A stretch of 64,000 bases of DNA from Acidimicrobiia bacterium (GTDB lineage: Bacteria > Actinomycetota > Acidimicrobiia > Spongiisociales > UBA11373): contig JBFFRY010000006.1 in the NCBI GenBank assembly GCA_041572755.1, positions 11,923 to 75,922 of the forward strand. Direction: 5' to 3'. The position numbers and the translations under genes were made by a program. This document shows positions 1-9,127 of this stretch, piece after piece. The stretch's first letter is position 1, and each line of letters starts with the position of its first letter. The notes beneath the pieces are model-generated. The model was not told the origin of the DNA and ran no database searches. It saw nothing but the letters and a program-made list of their open reading frames with translations.

Positions 1-2
1 CC

Positions 3-689
3 ATGGCGGTCGCCGCCGCACCGGGGGTCCCGGAGCCGCGCAACTGCGTGGTCTTCACCTGGCTCGACGGTCGGTTGTTGGCGGACCGTCTCACGAGGGG
101 CAACGTTGCGGCACTGGGGAGGTACGTGGCCGAGCTCCATCGTCACGGAGCGGCCTATGTCCCCACCGCCGGTCCCGGTGCGCCCCGTTACGACCGGGTG
201 TTCCCGTTCGACGAGCCGGTGGTGCTCTTCGAGGACCGGGTGGCACCGCCCGGCCTGCGGGCGATGTTCGAGGAGGCCGCCGAGCGGGTGGAGTCACTGC
301 TCGGGCGTGTGGGGACGACACCGGCCCGACTGCTGCACGGCGACCTCCACTCTTGGAACGTCAAGGTCTTCCGGGGCCGGATCGCCGTGTTCGACTTCGA
401 GGACCTGATGTGGGGGTGGCCGGTGCAGGACCTGGCGACCACCCTCTACTACTTCCACGGCATGCCCGAGTACCAGGCCCTCAGGGGTGCGCTGGCCGAC
501 GGCTACCGGGAGGGCGGGGGAGTCTGGCCGGACGACGAAGACATCGACACCTTCATGGCCGGGAGGTCACTCGTGCTGGCGAACGATGTCCTGCTCACCC
601 CCGAGTGGAGCGAGGAGATCGCCCCCTTCTTCGCCCGTTCCGAGCGTCGCCTCGAGGCGCTGTTGCACGGGGGTTCGTTCGCGCTCTGA
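3..689 (+). CDS. Phosphotransferase enzyme family protein (aminoglycoside/choline-kinase-like), 5' partial
   Basis: HGDLHSWNV (kinase catalytic loop, Brenner motif) and DFED (metal-binding) motifs; the ORF runs off the 5' edge of the window. Confidence 0.7.
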   Translation: MAVAAAPGVPEPRNCVVFTWLDGRLLADRLTRGNVAALGRYVAELHRHGAAYVPTAGPGAPRYDRVFPFDEPVVLFEDRVAPPGLRAMFEEAAERVESLLGRVGTTPARLLHGDLHSWNVKVFRGRIAVFDFEDLMWGWPVQDLATTLYYFHGMPEYQALRGALADGYREGGGVWPDDEDIDTFMAGRSLVLANDVLLTPEWSEEIAPFFARSERRLEALLHGGSFAL

Positions 690-702
690 GCGGGCGGCGG
701 CC

Positions 703-978
703 TCAGCAGGTCGGAGGGCCCGGTTCATCGGGGGAGTCCTCGAACCCGCCGCGACCTTCCTCCATCTCGCGCCACTCGGCGAGCGACCTGACGGCGAGGA
801 CCACGACGGTTCCGACACCGAGGAAGGCGACGAGTGCGCTGAGGAATCCGATGCCGGCTGCCGCGCCGAGACATGACTCGGGGGCACACGACACCCTGGT
901 CACCTGGAAGCCCACCACCGCGCCGGCGATCGTGGCGCCCAGCACGGGGATGGCGACCCAGGGGTTGGGGGACCTCAC
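703..978 (-). CDS. Small hypothetical membrane protein (2 predicted TM helices)
   Basis: 91-aa ORF with two hydrophobic segments; GTG start overlaps the upstream gene stop (GTGA); no family recognised. Confidence 0.3.
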   Translation of the reverse strand: MRSPNPWVAIPVLGATIAGAVVGFQVTRVSCAPESCLGAAAGIGFLSALVAFLGVGTVVVLAVRSLAEWREMEEGRGGFEDSPDEPGPPTC

Positions 979-1733
979 GGACGCTCACCGCGGGGAAGAC
1001 CGGCTTCGTCGTACCCGGCGCTGCGCAGGACGTCGGCCGGAGCCAATTCCGGGGGGATGGGGAAGCGGCTCGCCTCGATGGGGCCGGGCAGGCCGAAGCT
1101 CCAGGCGAGGGCCGCCGGCACCGCACAGGTCGCGGCGGTCAGGAGACCCGATGGGAGCGGGTCGACGAGGAGGGCGGCGGTCCCGGCAGCCGGCAAGAGA
1201 AGCCGAAGGATCCACAAGCCGAGGCCGCGGCCCGCCGCCAGCGTCCATGCACCTCCCGCCGCGGTTGCGATCGACGCCCACGCGGCGGGGTCGAGCCCCC
1301 CCGGATTGGCCAGGGCCACTGCAGTGGGTGCGGCGAGGGCCGTCACGATGGCGGCCGTGGCACGGGGGGCCGGTCCGGCGGCGGAAGGCCGGATCCGCAT
1401 TCGGGGGGCGAGCCATGGTCCGGCCAATCCGGCACCGGCCGCAGCAGAGGCGATGATGCCCGCCACCACGCCGCCGTCGAGGGGGGTGGCGGTTGCCAGG
1501 CCGAGCATGACGGCCACCGAGCCGGCCGCCAGGCGACGCGACCATTCGCCTCGAGTGATGAGGAGGCCGGCGACGGCAATGAGCGACAGCACGCCGAGGG
1601 AGAGTGCCACAACCGCCGCCGCGTCGGCGGAGAGCGGTTCGGGATCGACGGCGAGGTGGATGCCCCACAGCAGGGCGGCGGTCACCACCAGGGCGGCGAT
1701 CAGGAACGGAGGGATTCGGGACACGGCGCTCAT
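975..1733 (-). CDS. Hypothetical polytopic membrane protein
   Basis: 252-aa Ala/Leu/Gly-rich hydrophobic ORF with about 6 TM segments; ATG at 1733; divergent from the NUDIX gene. Confidence 0.4.
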   Translation of the reverse strand: MSAVSRIPPFLIAALVVTAALLWGIHLAVDPEPLSADAAAVVALSLGVLSLIAVAGLLITRGEWSRRLAAGSVAVMLGLATATPLDGGVVAGIIASAAAGAGLAGPWLAPRMRIRPSAAGPAPRATAAIVTALAAPTAVALANPGGLDPAAWASIATAAGGAWTLAAGRGLGLWILRLLLPAAGTAALLVDPLPSGLLTAATCAVPAALAWSFGLPGPIEASRFPIPPELAPADVLRSAGYDEAGLPRGERP

Positions 1734-1765
1734 TATGGGCTTGTGATCCGATAACGTCGGCCCTC

Positions 1766-2278
1766 ATGGAGTGGCCGGGCGAATTCACATTCTGTCCTCA
1801 CTGCGCGGTGGGACTGGAGCGACGGGAGATGGGGAATCGGCCCCGCATGGTGTGTCCCCAGTGCGACTTCGTGCACTGGCGGAACCCGGGGGTCGGCGCC
1901 GCGGTGCTGATTCGGGATGACCGGGGCGGGGTGCTGCTGGTGCGCAGGGCTCCGGGGGCGACCCGGCCGGGCTTGTGGTCGATTCCCGCCGGGTTCGTCG
2001 ACTACGGGGAGGAGATCCGTTCGGCGGCGGCCCGCGAGCTCCGGGAGGAGACCGGGCTGATCGCCGAGGTGGGAGAGGTGGTCCACGTGGCCTCGAATTT
2101 CCACGATCCGGCCAAGCTCACCGTGGGCATCTGGTTCGAGGGGACGGTGGTGGGCGGTGTTCTCGAGGCCGGTGACGACGCCGACGACGTCGGGTTCTTC
2201 GCTCTCGACGCTCTGCCAGAACTCGCCTTCGAGACGGACGTGACGCTGCTGCGGCGGTTGGGTGCCGACCTCCCGTGA
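1766..2278 (+). CDS. NUDIX hydrolase with N-terminal zinc ribbon
   Basis: NUDIX box GFVDYGEEIRSAAARELREETGL; CPHC..CPQC zinc ribbon; start moved to the internal ATG (MEWPGEF), since the upstream ORF extension is Arg/Pro junk. Confidence 0.8.
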   Translation: MEWPGEFTFCPHCAVGLERREMGNRPRMVCPQCDFVHWRNPGVGAAVLIRDDRGGVLLVRRAPGATRPGLWSIPAGFVDYGEEIRSAAARELREETGLIAEVGEVVHVASNFHDPAKLTVGIWFEGTVVGGVLEAGDDADDVGFFALDALPELAFETDVTLLRRLGADLP

Positions 2279-2285
2279 GGGGTCG

Positions 2286-2693
2286 CTAACGCTCCGGCTG
2301 GGAGTCGATCAGGCCGGGAATCCGCACGTTCCCCCGGAGCGTTCCAAACCGGTGCACGGCCGGCTCGAGGGTGCTGAAGTCGAACTCCCACGACTCGCCG
2401 GGAGCGATTGGGGGGCTCTCGAAGACCCCCGCCTTCTGTGAGGAGATCACATACTCGACATCGTCCTGGTTCTCCCACCGCACGATCCAGGTCGTCTCGA
2501 GGTCGATGTTGAGGATCGAAGGGGCGAATGCTCCGTTCTGGATGACGATCACCGTGACGCCTTCGGGCGGCGGTTCGGTGGTGGTGGTGGTGGACGGGCG
2601 CGTGTTGCGTTCGAGCGCCTCGGGCGAGGGCCCGCTGCCGCACGCAGTGATGATCACGAGGAGCACGACGATGGTGCCCGTCACACGAAGCAC
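2286..2693 (-). CDS. Putative lipoprotein
   Basis: Signal peptide followed by lipobox LVIITAC; Thr/Pro-rich linker; small beta-rich domain. Confidence 0.5.
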   Translation of the reverse strand: MLRVTGTIVVLLVIITACGSGPSPEALERNTRPSTTTTTEPPPEGVTVIVIQNGAFAPSILNIDLETTWIVRWENQDDVEYVISSQKAGVFESPPIAPGESWEFDFSTLEPAVHRFGTLRGNVRIPGLIDSQPER

Positions 2694-2719
2694 GTTTCCT
2701 CCCGGGTGGTCCGGGGATT

Positions 2720-3349
2720 CTAGGCCGGTGGGTCCGGGGGAATGGGGGGAAAGACAGTGGCCGGCAGGTTCGATGACCAGGCGGAGACCTCACGCCACGG
2801 GTTGCCGGGGGTGAGGGTGATGGCAGAGGCGTGATGGGGCTTGTCTCGCTGCAGGCCGGCAAGGGGTCGGTCCGTGAGAGCGAGGCGGGCGGCCTGGATC
2901 GGATCCTGGTGGGAGACGACGACGACCTCGGCGGCGGGGTGGCGGTCGATCAGGCTCTCGAGCACGTCGATCATCCGCGCCGCGACCTCGTCGAGAGTCT
3001 CGGGAGAGAAGGGCAGGCTGTGGGGATGGTCGAGGTAGGCGGCCAGCTCGCCGGGGAAGGCCCGGTCGAGGTCCTCCCATCGGACGCCGGCCCACCGTTT
3101 GCCCAGACGCCACTCGGTGAGCCGATCATCGATCTCCGGCTGCAGTTCCAGGGCCGCTCCCACGACGGCCGCGGTCTCGACGGCGCGGGTCAGCGGCGAG
3201 GTGACGATGGCGGCGATGGGCCTTGAGGAGAGGTGGTTCGCCACCGCCCGCGCCTGGGCGCGACCTGCCGACCCGAGGCCGAAGCCGGGCAGATCGGCGT
3301 AGACGACGTGGCCCGGATTGTCGACCTCGCCGTGACGAACGAGATGCAC
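2720..3349 (-). CDS. Histidine phosphatase family protein (phosphoglycerate mutase-like)
   Basis: LVRHGEV catalytic motif plus SPLTRAVETA; GTG start chosen at 3349; the 414-aa track ORF extension is antisense to dinB. Confidence 0.7.
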   Translation of the reverse strand: MHLVRHGEVDNPGHVVYADLPGFGLGSAGRAQARAVANHLSSRPIAAIVTSPLTRAVETAAVVGAALELQPEIDDRLTEWRLGKRWAGVRWEDLDRAFPGELAAYLDHPHSLPFSPETLDEVAARMIDVLESLIDRHPAAEVVVVSHQDPIQAARLALTDRPLAGLQRDKPHHASAITLTPGNPWREVSAWSSNLPATVFPPIPPDPPA

Positions 3350-3394
3350 ACTCGACGACACGGCGGGGGAGTGTAGGTGGGGTACGGTGGCGAC

Positions 3395-4588
3395 ATGACT
3401 CGCTTCGCCGAGACGATCGCCCACGTGGACATGGATGCGTTCTTCGTCGAGGTGGAGCGCCTCCGCGATCCGAGTCTGGTGGGGCAACCGGTGGTGGTCG
3501 GCGGGATGGGTGCCCGCGGAGTGGTGGCTTCGGCGAGCTACGAAGCCCGTGACTACGGCATCCGCTCGGCGATGCCGGCGGCACAAGCGAGGCGTCTTTG
3601 CCCCCGCGCCCGGTTCCTGCCCCCCGATCACGCCCGCTACCGGGCCGCCTCGGCCCGAGTCTTCGAGGTGCTCGACGGGTTCACGCCCCTGGTCGAGGGG
3701 CTCTCCGTCGATGAGGCATTCCTGGACATCGGGGGGGTTCCCGATCCCGGGCCGGAGGAGGCGGCGGAGCGCTTGCGGCGAGAGGTTCGAGAGGCGACGT
3801 CCCTCCCGGCTTCGGTGGGCGTCGCCACCAGCAAGCTCCTCGCCAAGCTGGCGAGCGAGGACGCCAAGCCGGACGGCGTGATGGTGGTGCCGGCCGGTGG
3901 GGAGCTCGGGTACCTGCACCCCAAGGAGGTGCGAGCGCTGTGGGGAGTCGGCGAGGCGACCCATGCCCGTCTCGAGGAGCTGGGCATCAGCACGATCGGG
4001 GACCTCGCGGCGTATCCGGCTGCAACTCTGGAGGCGAGGGTCGGGTCGGCCCTTGGATCACACCTAGCCCGCCTGGCGCGGGGCGAGGACGATCGACCCG
4101 TGGAACCCGGCGGGGGGGCCCGGTCGATCTCCGTGGAGCAGACCTACGAGCAGGACCTGGTGGGCGCCGACACCGTGGGGCGCGAGCTGTTGCGGCATGC
4201 CGAGAGGCTGAGCATCCGGCTGCGGCGGGCCGGGTATGGGGCGCGGACCGTGACGGTGAAGGTGCGGTTCGACGATTTCACCACGATCACGCGGAGCCAC
4301 ACTTCCCCCGTTCCGATCGATACCAGCCACGATCTGGCCCGGGCTGCCCGGGATCTGTTGCTGCGGGCAGAGATCGGGCGCCGTCCCGTTCGCCTGCTCG
4401 GCCTCGGCGGCGGCATGCTCGAGGAATCGTCGACACCGCGGCAACTGCCTCTCGAGGGGCGTCCCTGGGAGGAAGTCGAGTCGGCGATGGACCGGATTCG
4501 GGAGCGCTTCGGAGACGAGGCGGTGCGCCGGGCTCGATTGATGTGGGGACGATCGGGGGAGGCTCCCGGATCCGGATCATCTGGGTGA
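3395..4588 (+). CDS. dinB: DNA polymerase IV
   Basis: N-terminus HVDMDAFFVEVE; Y-family polymerase palm/fingers/little-finger all present; about 398 aa. Confidence 0.9.
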   Translation: MTRFAETIAHVDMDAFFVEVERLRDPSLVGQPVVVGGMGARGVVASASYEARDYGIRSAMPAAQARRLCPRARFLPPDHARYRAASARVFEVLDGFTPLVEGLSVDEAFLDIGGVPDPGPEEAAERLRREVREATSLPASVGVATSKLLAKLASEDAKPDGVMVVPAGGELGYLHPKEVRALWGVGEATHARLEELGISTIGDLAAYPAATLEARVGSALGSHLARLARGEDDRPVEPGGGARSISVEQTYEQDLVGADTVGRELLRHAERLSIRLRRAGYGARTVTVKVRFDDFTTITRSHTSPVPIDTSHDLARAARDLLLRAEIGRRPVRLLGLGGGMLEESSTPRQLPLEGRPWEEVESAMDRIRERFGDEAVRRARLMWGRSGEAPGSGSSG

Positions 4589-4666
4589 AAATGGCAGAAT
4601 CGCGTCGAGTTCTGTTGGGGAGGCCCGGCGGTATACTCGGCGCACACGGCCGGCGGAGCGGGTTCA

Positions 4667-5001
4667 TGCCACTCGACGACAGAGAACAGCGCATCCTCGA
4701 GGAGATCGAGCGCCAGTTCTATGAGGAGGACCCCAAGCTCGCGGACACCGTCCGCAAGACCTCGCTGGCTGCCGTGTCGGCGCGCAACCTCAAGTGGGCC
4801 ATCCTGTCCTTCGTCGGCGGGACCGCCTTGATGCTGGGATTCTTCACCCGCTCGACGATCGTGGCCTTGGTCGGATTCGTCGTGATGGTGGTCTCGGTGG
4901 TGTGGATCGCCACCATCGTGCGCCGGCGAACCGGCGCCGGCCTCGGGGTGGCCGGCACGGTCGTGTCGCGTCTCCAGCGACGCTGGGGAAGACGCGGCTA
5001 G
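4667..5001 (+). CDS. DUF3040-like small membrane protein
   Basis: MPLDDREQRILEEIERQF N-terminal motif followed by 2 TM helices; the upstream part of the 353-aa track ORF is non-coding Arg/Gly-rich read-through. Confidence 0.6.
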
Positions 5002-5084
5002 AGTCGGACGCTCGAAGGCATGGAACACCGACGGTCGGGGTGACGGGGGCGGGCCCGGGCCGCGTGGAGGGAGAGAGGGAAGGA

Positions 5085-5576
5085 TTGGAGGCCTTCACGG
5101 CACAGCAGGCGTGCAGTCTCACCGGAGCCACGCCGCATCAGCTCAGGTATTGGGACCGCGTCGATCTGGTGAAGCCATCGATCCAGAGCACCGGGGGTCG
5201 TCCCGGTCGGAGGCGCCTCTACTCGTTTCGTGATCTCGTCGCGCTGCGAGTGATCAAGAGTCTTCTCGACAACGGCATGTCGGTGCAGCGGGTGCGCCGT
5301 GCCTGGGACTACCTGCGTCGCACCGCCGACATGGACGGGCATCTCGCCGAGGTCAAGCTGGTGACCGACGGCCGGTCGATCTTCCGGGTCGCCGCCGACG
5401 AGGACGAACTGCTCGACGCGCTGCGCGAGGGGCAGTTGGCGTTCTTCGTGGCCATCAACGAGATCACTCTCGAGGTGGAGGAAGACGTGACCAGGTTCGA
5501 ACTCGATCGGGAGCGGTTCTTGGAGATGCTGCGCCGGGTCGAGGACGATGTCACGTCGGAGGCCGCCGAGGGCTGA
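5085..5576 (+). CDS. MerR family transcriptional regulator
   Basis: HTH_MerR core (CSLTGATPHQLRYWDRVDLVKP ... YSFRDLVALRVIKSLLDNGMSVQRV); TTG start at 5085 behind the purine-rich GGGAGAGAGGGAAGGA tract; the alternative start GTG 5064 cannot be excluded. Confidence 0.55.
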   Translation: MEAFTAQQACSLTGATPHQLRYWDRVDLVKPSIQSTGGRPGRRRLYSFRDLVALRVIKSLLDNGMSVQRVRRAWDYLRRTADMDGHLAEVKLVTDGRSIFRVAADEDELLDALREGQLAFFVAINEITLEVEEDVTRFELDRERFLEMLRRVEDDVTSEAAEG

Positions 5577-5591
5577 GCCACCCGGCCCTTC

Positions 5592-7964
5592 TCACCCCGG
5601 GCGATCGCCTCGGAGCCGCCGCCACCATCGTGGGGTGAGCGAGCGCAGTCGATACCGGGCCGTGATCCGACGTGGCAATGAGTACCGAGAGGTCAGGTGG
5701 CCCTCGGTCTCGGAGAGGGAGCGACCGGCCAGGGCTACCGAGGCCGGGGGCCCGGTGTCCGGCCCGTACAGCTGTCGTCCGTACACGTCGGCCAGCGGAA
5801 TCATGGCGTCGTCGGTCCCGGCGGCGTACTCGAGTGGGGTGGCCGCCGCTTCCGGTGCCTCGCCGAGGTCGGTGAGGCGATCGGTGATCTCGCGCCAGGC
5901 GGCCGAGATGTCGCCCTTGGCGAGCCGCCGCATGCGGAGCCGCCGCCGTATCCACTTGATGCCGGGCACGGATCCGAACAGCGCCAAGAATCCCAGCCCG
6001 GCGAGCAACACCCAGGCGGGGAAAGTGCGATCCGTGATGAGTTCGTCACCACCGGTCCCCACGAACTGCGGGATGTCGAACGGGTCTTCGTCGATGAAGG
6101 GAAGGATCGGCCCCCCGTCGAAGTCGGGGAACGACTGCCGTTCGGGTTCGGGGATGTCGAGGTAGGCGTCGATGTCGAAGGGGAGGTCGGCTGTGGTGGC
6201 GGGGTTGGCTCGGTCGCCGCGCGGCGTGGGATCGAAACGAACCCAGCCCTGGGTCGGCATCCACAGCTCGACCCAGGCGTGAGCGTTGCGGTCTCGAACC
6301 ACGACGCGCCCGTCCTCGAGGAGCGTCCCCGGCGTGAACCCGAGCACGACCCGACTGGGGATGCCGAGCTCGCGAGCCATGACCGCCATCGCCGTCGCAA
6401 ACTGCTCGCAATACCCGGTGCGGTACGACGGACTCTCGGGGTCGATCAGCCAGGCGCCCACGTCATCGGCCCGCAGTCCGGGTTCGATGTCGGTCGAGTA
6501 GCGGAACTGGGCCGGGGTTCGGAAGAACGTTTCCAGAGCCAGGCCCCGTTCGAAGTCGGTCGTCAGTCCCCGCGTCTGGGCCCGGGCCAGCGTGGCGACA
6601 CCGGGATCGATGCCCTCGGGGAGATCCAGGTACCGATCGGGATCACCGAGCTCCATCGCATCCGGCACCGCAACGGCGTCCCGGGGTTGGTAGGCGCCGT
6701 CGTCGGCGGCTCCCGCGAACACCGGTGAGAGCTCGCCGTCCGAGCCGGCTCCCAGCACGGCGAGGTCGGGATCGGGGACCTGGGAGACGACCGAGTAGTT
6801 CATGCCCCGGTAGGAGAGGGCATCGAAGCGGAGCGAAGCGTCGTCTTTGACCCGAATACCGCGCTCCACGGAGCGGTTGGGGGCCGTGACGTCCGTGGGG
6901 GCGTAGGCCGCCGGGATCCAATCCATCTGCAGCGCGAGGACCACGATGTCCTGGGTGACCTCGTCGGTGGGGCCGCGGAAGATCTGCCCGGGATCCTCAA
7001 AGGTGTCGTTGTCACCCGGCCGGCTCATGACCGGCTCCTCGGAGAACCACTGGATGCCGTTGAACGTCTCCAGCGTGATGAGGCGCCAGTAGAGGCGATC
7101 CGGCGCCACCTCGCCTCCGACGTCGGCGACGAAGACCGGGGTGTTGGTCTGGGAGACCAGTCCCTGGTGGATGCCGACGAAGGGGTTGTAGGAGACGCTG
7201 CCGTAGTAGTCGCCGGTGAGACCCGACTGGGCGCGCCACTCGAGGTAGCCGCTGCGCGGCACGAACCGGGCGAGGGCGTTGGTGCCCACGAGGGCGACGG
7301 TGACGGTGGTCAGGAGGGTGACCACCGCGAGGGACGGCACCGACCGCATCACGGCCAACCGAGTGGTGGGGGATGTGAGCACCCCGGTGCCTTGGCGTCG
7401 CCGGTCGAGGGCGACGGCCAGCAGACCGCCACCCAGCATGAAGAGGAAGGCGGCCAGCCACCACCCGCCTGGTCGGCGGTCCATGGTGGCGAACTGGAGA
7501 TAGGTCACCAGCGGGGTGAGAACTGCGAGGTAGGGACGTCCGGTCTGGAGACCGAACACGACCAGAGCCCCGATCGCCCAGAACACGGCTGCCAAGACGG
7601 CGACGACACCCGAGAGCGGGATCACCGGTGCCACTCCGGTACGAATGACGTCGCGAGCGAAGCCCAGTTCCACGCCGAGCTCCGAGAAGGAATCGAGGGT
7701 CGGGAAGATGAACCACGTGGTGTCCGGGACGGCGATCCGAACCACGGTCACCACCAGCGCCAAGAGGTTGATGAGAGCGGCGAGACGCCAGTCGAGGCGA
7801 TAGGCGATCGCCGCCCAGGTGATCGCCCCGCCGAGGACGGCTGCGGCGACGATCACGACCTCCCACGGAAGGCCTTCGGTCCCGGAGCGCAGCAACCGCT
7901 CGAGCCGGGCCATCGCCAGCCCGATGGCGGCGAGCGCGGCTACCCAACTGAAGCGGTAGACCAT
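5592..7964 (-). CDS. Transglutaminase-domain membrane protein (TgpA-like: DUF3488 / transglutaminase core / DUF4129)
   Basis: Many N-terminal TM helices; transglutaminase core with catalytic Cys in GYCEQFATAMAVMARELGIPSRVV; 3' member of the MoxR-DUF58-TGase operon; start ATG 7964 or 7988. Confidence 0.8.
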   Translation of the reverse strand: MVYRFSWVAALAAIGLAMARLERLLRSGTEGLPWEVVIVAAAVLGGAITWAAIAYRLDWRLAALINLLALVVTVVRIAVPDTTWFIFPTLDSFSELGVELGFARDVIRTGVAPVIPLSGVVAVLAAVFWAIGALVVFGLQTGRPYLAVLTPLVTYLQFATMDRRPGGWWLAAFLFMLGGGLLAVALDRRRQGTGVLTSPTTRLAVMRSVPSLAVVTLLTTVTVALVGTNALARFVPRSGYLEWRAQSGLTGDYYGSVSYNPFVGIHQGLVSQTNTPVFVADVGGEVAPDRLYWRLITLETFNGIQWFSEEPVMSRPGDNDTFEDPGQIFRGPTDEVTQDIVVLALQMDWIPAAYAPTDVTAPNRSVERGIRVKDDASLRFDALSYRGMNYSVVSQVPDPDLAVLGAGSDGELSPVFAGAADDGAYQPRDAVAVPDAMELGDPDRYLDLPEGIDPGVATLARAQTRGLTTDFERGLALETFFRTPAQFRYSTDIEPGLRADDVGAWLIDPESPSYRTGYCEQFATAMAVMARELGIPSRVVLGFTPGTLLEDGRVVVRDRNAHAWVELWMPTQGWVRFDPTPRGDRANPATTADLPFDIDAYLDIPEPERQSFPDFDGGPILPFIDEDPFDIPQFVGTGGDELITDRTFPAWVLLAGLGFLALFGSVPGIKWIRRRLRMRRLAKGDISAAWREITDRLTDLGEAPEAAATPLEYAAGTDDAMIPLADVYGRQLYGPDTGPPASVALAGRSLSETEGHLTSRYSLPRRITARYRLRSLTPRWWRRLRGDRPG

Positions 7965-9127
7965 GACAGCTCCATTGCGGTGCGCCAAGCCGGCGCCCAG
8001 GATCCCTGGGCCGCGGCGGGGCCGACCACCGTGACGGCACCGGCCTGCTGGAACAGGGCGACGGCGTCGGGAGGCGGGCCCCCGGCCGCCATGACGACGG
8101 TGCGGGTGAAGTCCTTGGCGAGCACCCGGTACGCCGCCATCACCCCATGGTCGGGAGTGCCGGTCACCAGGATGAGGGCCCCGCCCCCCACCCCGCTGCG
8201 CCGCAGCCGGGCCACGGTGCGGCGCAGATCGAGATGCGGTTCTGACCCAACGGTGGCCAGTAGCTCCATGGCCTGGGCGTAGCGGTCACCGGATCGGGTT
8301 CCGGGAGCGCGCTCCGCGGCCCACAACTCGGGACTGAAGCCACCCTTGAAGAGGTGAGCGGTCGCCGATGCGGCTCCCCGCACGGCCTGCTCGAAGGCCT
8401 CGGGATCGGGATAGCGATCGGCGCGCTGGTCGAGGAGCACCAGGGCCCGGGCCTGCCAGGGCACCTCGAGTTGTTTGATCATGAGCTCGTCGCGCTTGGC
8501 CGACGTCGGCCAGTGCACCCGGCGCAGATCGTCGCCGACCTGGTACTCCCGCAGGGTGAAGAAGTCCTCGCCGCCGTGGGGGGCGAAAGTGGGCCGGGTC
8601 GACTGGGTTGCCGGGTCGTGGCCCCGCACGGCCGGGAACCCGGCGAGCTCGTCGATGCGGGGGTAGACGACGAGCCGGTCGGGGGCACCGGCCGGAGAGG
8701 AGCGGTCGGCAAGGGCGAACGGGTCGGTGACCCCCACGACGGCCGGTCCGACCTGGTAGACGCCTCGGCGGCGGCAGTAGACCTCATAGCGGGCGACCAG
8801 AGGCTGACCGGGGCTGGTGCGAGCAGCGGCGAACTGGGCGACGCCCAAGCCGTGGACCGTGTCGTGCACCGAGAGGTTGCTCACTCGGCGCGATGCGGTC
8901 ACGTCGACTTCGACGACGACCTGATCCCCCTCGTGTGCCTGGACCGGGTGCAGCCGCCGGTTGACGTCGACGCTGGGGGTGGTGTAGCGCACGAACAGGA
9001 CGCCGGTGGCGGTGGCGACCGACAGGAACAGGGCGGTGGCCAGCATCTCGATCTCGCCGAAGACGATCCACAGCAGGCCCAGGGCGGTGGCCACGCCGAG
9101 GGCCACCCACCCGCGCCCCGTCGGCAT
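7940..9127 (-). CDS. DUF58 domain protein (vWA-like partner of MoxR)
   Basis: N-terminal TM pair; DUF58 core (FFTLREYQVGDDLRRVHWPTSAKRDELMIKQLE); ATGA overlap with moxR. Confidence 0.8.
   Translation of the reverse strand: MPTGRGWVALGVATALGLLWIVFGEIEMLATALFLSVATATGVLFVRYTTPSVDVNRRLHPVQAHEGDQVVVEVDVTASRRVSNLSVHDTVHGLGVAQFAAARTSPGQPLVARYEVYCRRRGVYQVGPAVVGVTDPFALADRSSPAGAPDRLVVYPRIDELAGFPAVRGHDPATQSTRPTFAPHGGEDFFTLREYQVGDDLRRVHWPTSAKRDELMIKQLEVPWQARALVLLDQRADRYPDPEAFEQAVRGAASATAHLFKGGFSPELWAAERAPGTRSGDRYAQAMELLATVGSEPHLDLRRTVARLRRSGVGGGALILVTGTPDHGVMAAYRVLAKDFTRTVVMAAGGPPPDAVALFQQAGAVTVVGPAAAQGSWAPAWRTAMELSWSTASVG

Noticed and set aside
353-1456. 367-aa + strand ORF and the overlapping 873-1754 + ORF
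   Set aside because: Extremely Arg/Gly/Pro-rich low-complexity translations. They overlap a hydrophobic - strand membrane-protein ORF and the end of the APH-like gene. No domains.
3940-5001. 353-aa + ORF upstream of the DUF3040 domain
   Set aside because: Only the last 111 aa (from ATG 4667) look like a real protein (DUF3040 motif plus TM helices). The upstream 240 aa overlap the dinB 3' end, are Gly/Arg-rich, and lie before a candidate TATACT -10 at 4635-4640.
5697-6728. 343-aa + ORF and 5801-6400 - ORF inside the transglutaminase gene region
   Set aside because: Alternative-frame or antisense translations of the well-supported 5592-7964 transglutaminase-domain gene. No motifs.
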